Assembly: GCA_030704615.1 (NCBI GenBank)
Contig: CM060732.1
Coordinates: 3,534,001-3,598,000 of the forward strand
Reading direction: 5' to 3'
DNA: 64,000 nucleotides
DNA from: Takakia lepidozioides
Taxonomy: Eukaryota; Plantae; Bryophyta
The translations under genes and the position numbers were made by a program. Of this stretch, positions 63,737 through 64,000 are shown piece after piece. Numbering within the stretch: the stretch's first letter is position 1; the number at the start of each line of letters is the position of its first letter. The notes under the pieces were generated by a model, which had not been told where the DNA came from, did no database searches, and worked only from the letters and a program-made list of their open reading frames with translations.

Positions 63737-64000
63737 CCTGTCTGGGACATTCCACTCAATCTCTATGCATATCTTCAACAATGAAATGTAAGTTAGATAA
63801 AACTTACTGGCACCTTCTTAGGTTTTGAAATTTGATCCCCTTCTGCAGCTTTCCTCTTCCCTCTCACATCTGCTGGAATTTCTGTCTGCGCTAGGGTTTC
63901 TTGACCTTCTCCCGGTTCGGCGTTCCGCGTGCTTCCACCTTCTTCAGTGTCCCTGTGAATCATCTCTGCCTCCACAGGCTAGCGCACTCTTATCGCCGAC

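Larger units (their letters stand above)
58299..63978 (-). pseudogene. Spliced gene (at least 10 exons, ~1,150 aa): ParB/Srx-like domain, unknown helical region, beta-class N4/N6 DNA methyltransferase-like domain
   Basis: Phase-compatible GT-AG exons: ~63978-63808, ~63218-62565, 62470-62278, 62229-61756, 61670-61444, 60499-59850, 59736-59398, 59202-58918, 58822-58633, 58557-58299. ParB-like VVRP...ITKLESDF..GY...YVWDGNHRLLAW...DVN; MTase motifs in the order IV, X, I, II. Stops in exons 4 and 6; frameshifts in exons 6 and 8. The exon 1-2 boundaries are the least certain. Confidence 0.8.
57611..64000. mobile_element. Copy B of the TIR DNA-transposon-like element; extends beyond the window
   Basis: Same start CAGGGATGCCTCGGCGTGAGCC with a different left flank from copy A; second TIR and TSD not visible. 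Confidence 0.85.

Overview
Eukaryotic, essentially all-transposon window, with no host gene, rRNA, intact tRNA or CRISPR recognised. The TE families present point to a non-seed plant, most like a moss or other bryophyte (inference). Main contents: (1) A full-length Athila-like Ty3/Gypsy element on the minus strand (2863-16444, TSD ATAAC) and a 3'-truncated sister on the plus strand (32994-43710). Both carry an extra ORF upstream of gag, an extra ORF downstream of pol, and 10-bp-phased CACAGC arrays. (2) CACTA, Mutator (MULE), hAT, Copia and RLE-type LINE relics, plus two nested hAT MITEs with perfect 8-bp TSDs. (3) The standout: two copies (43711-47474, truncated; 57611-64000, running off the window) of a DNA-transposon-like element beginning CAGGGATGCC. 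It carries an intron-containing gene of at least 10 exons that encodes a ParB/Srx-like domain (DGNHR) fused to a beta-class N4/N6 DNA amino-methyltransferase-like domain. Two of its introns hold arrays of a conserved ~24-bp palindrome (GTGAATGTCGTCAACGACATTCAC), whose core recurs in a gene-less relative at ~27.3-28.0 kb. This looks like a transposon-borne ParB/parS-like site-recognition and DNA-marking module. Both gene copies are disabled, but at different positions. All domain calls are from motif recognition by eye; no searches were run.
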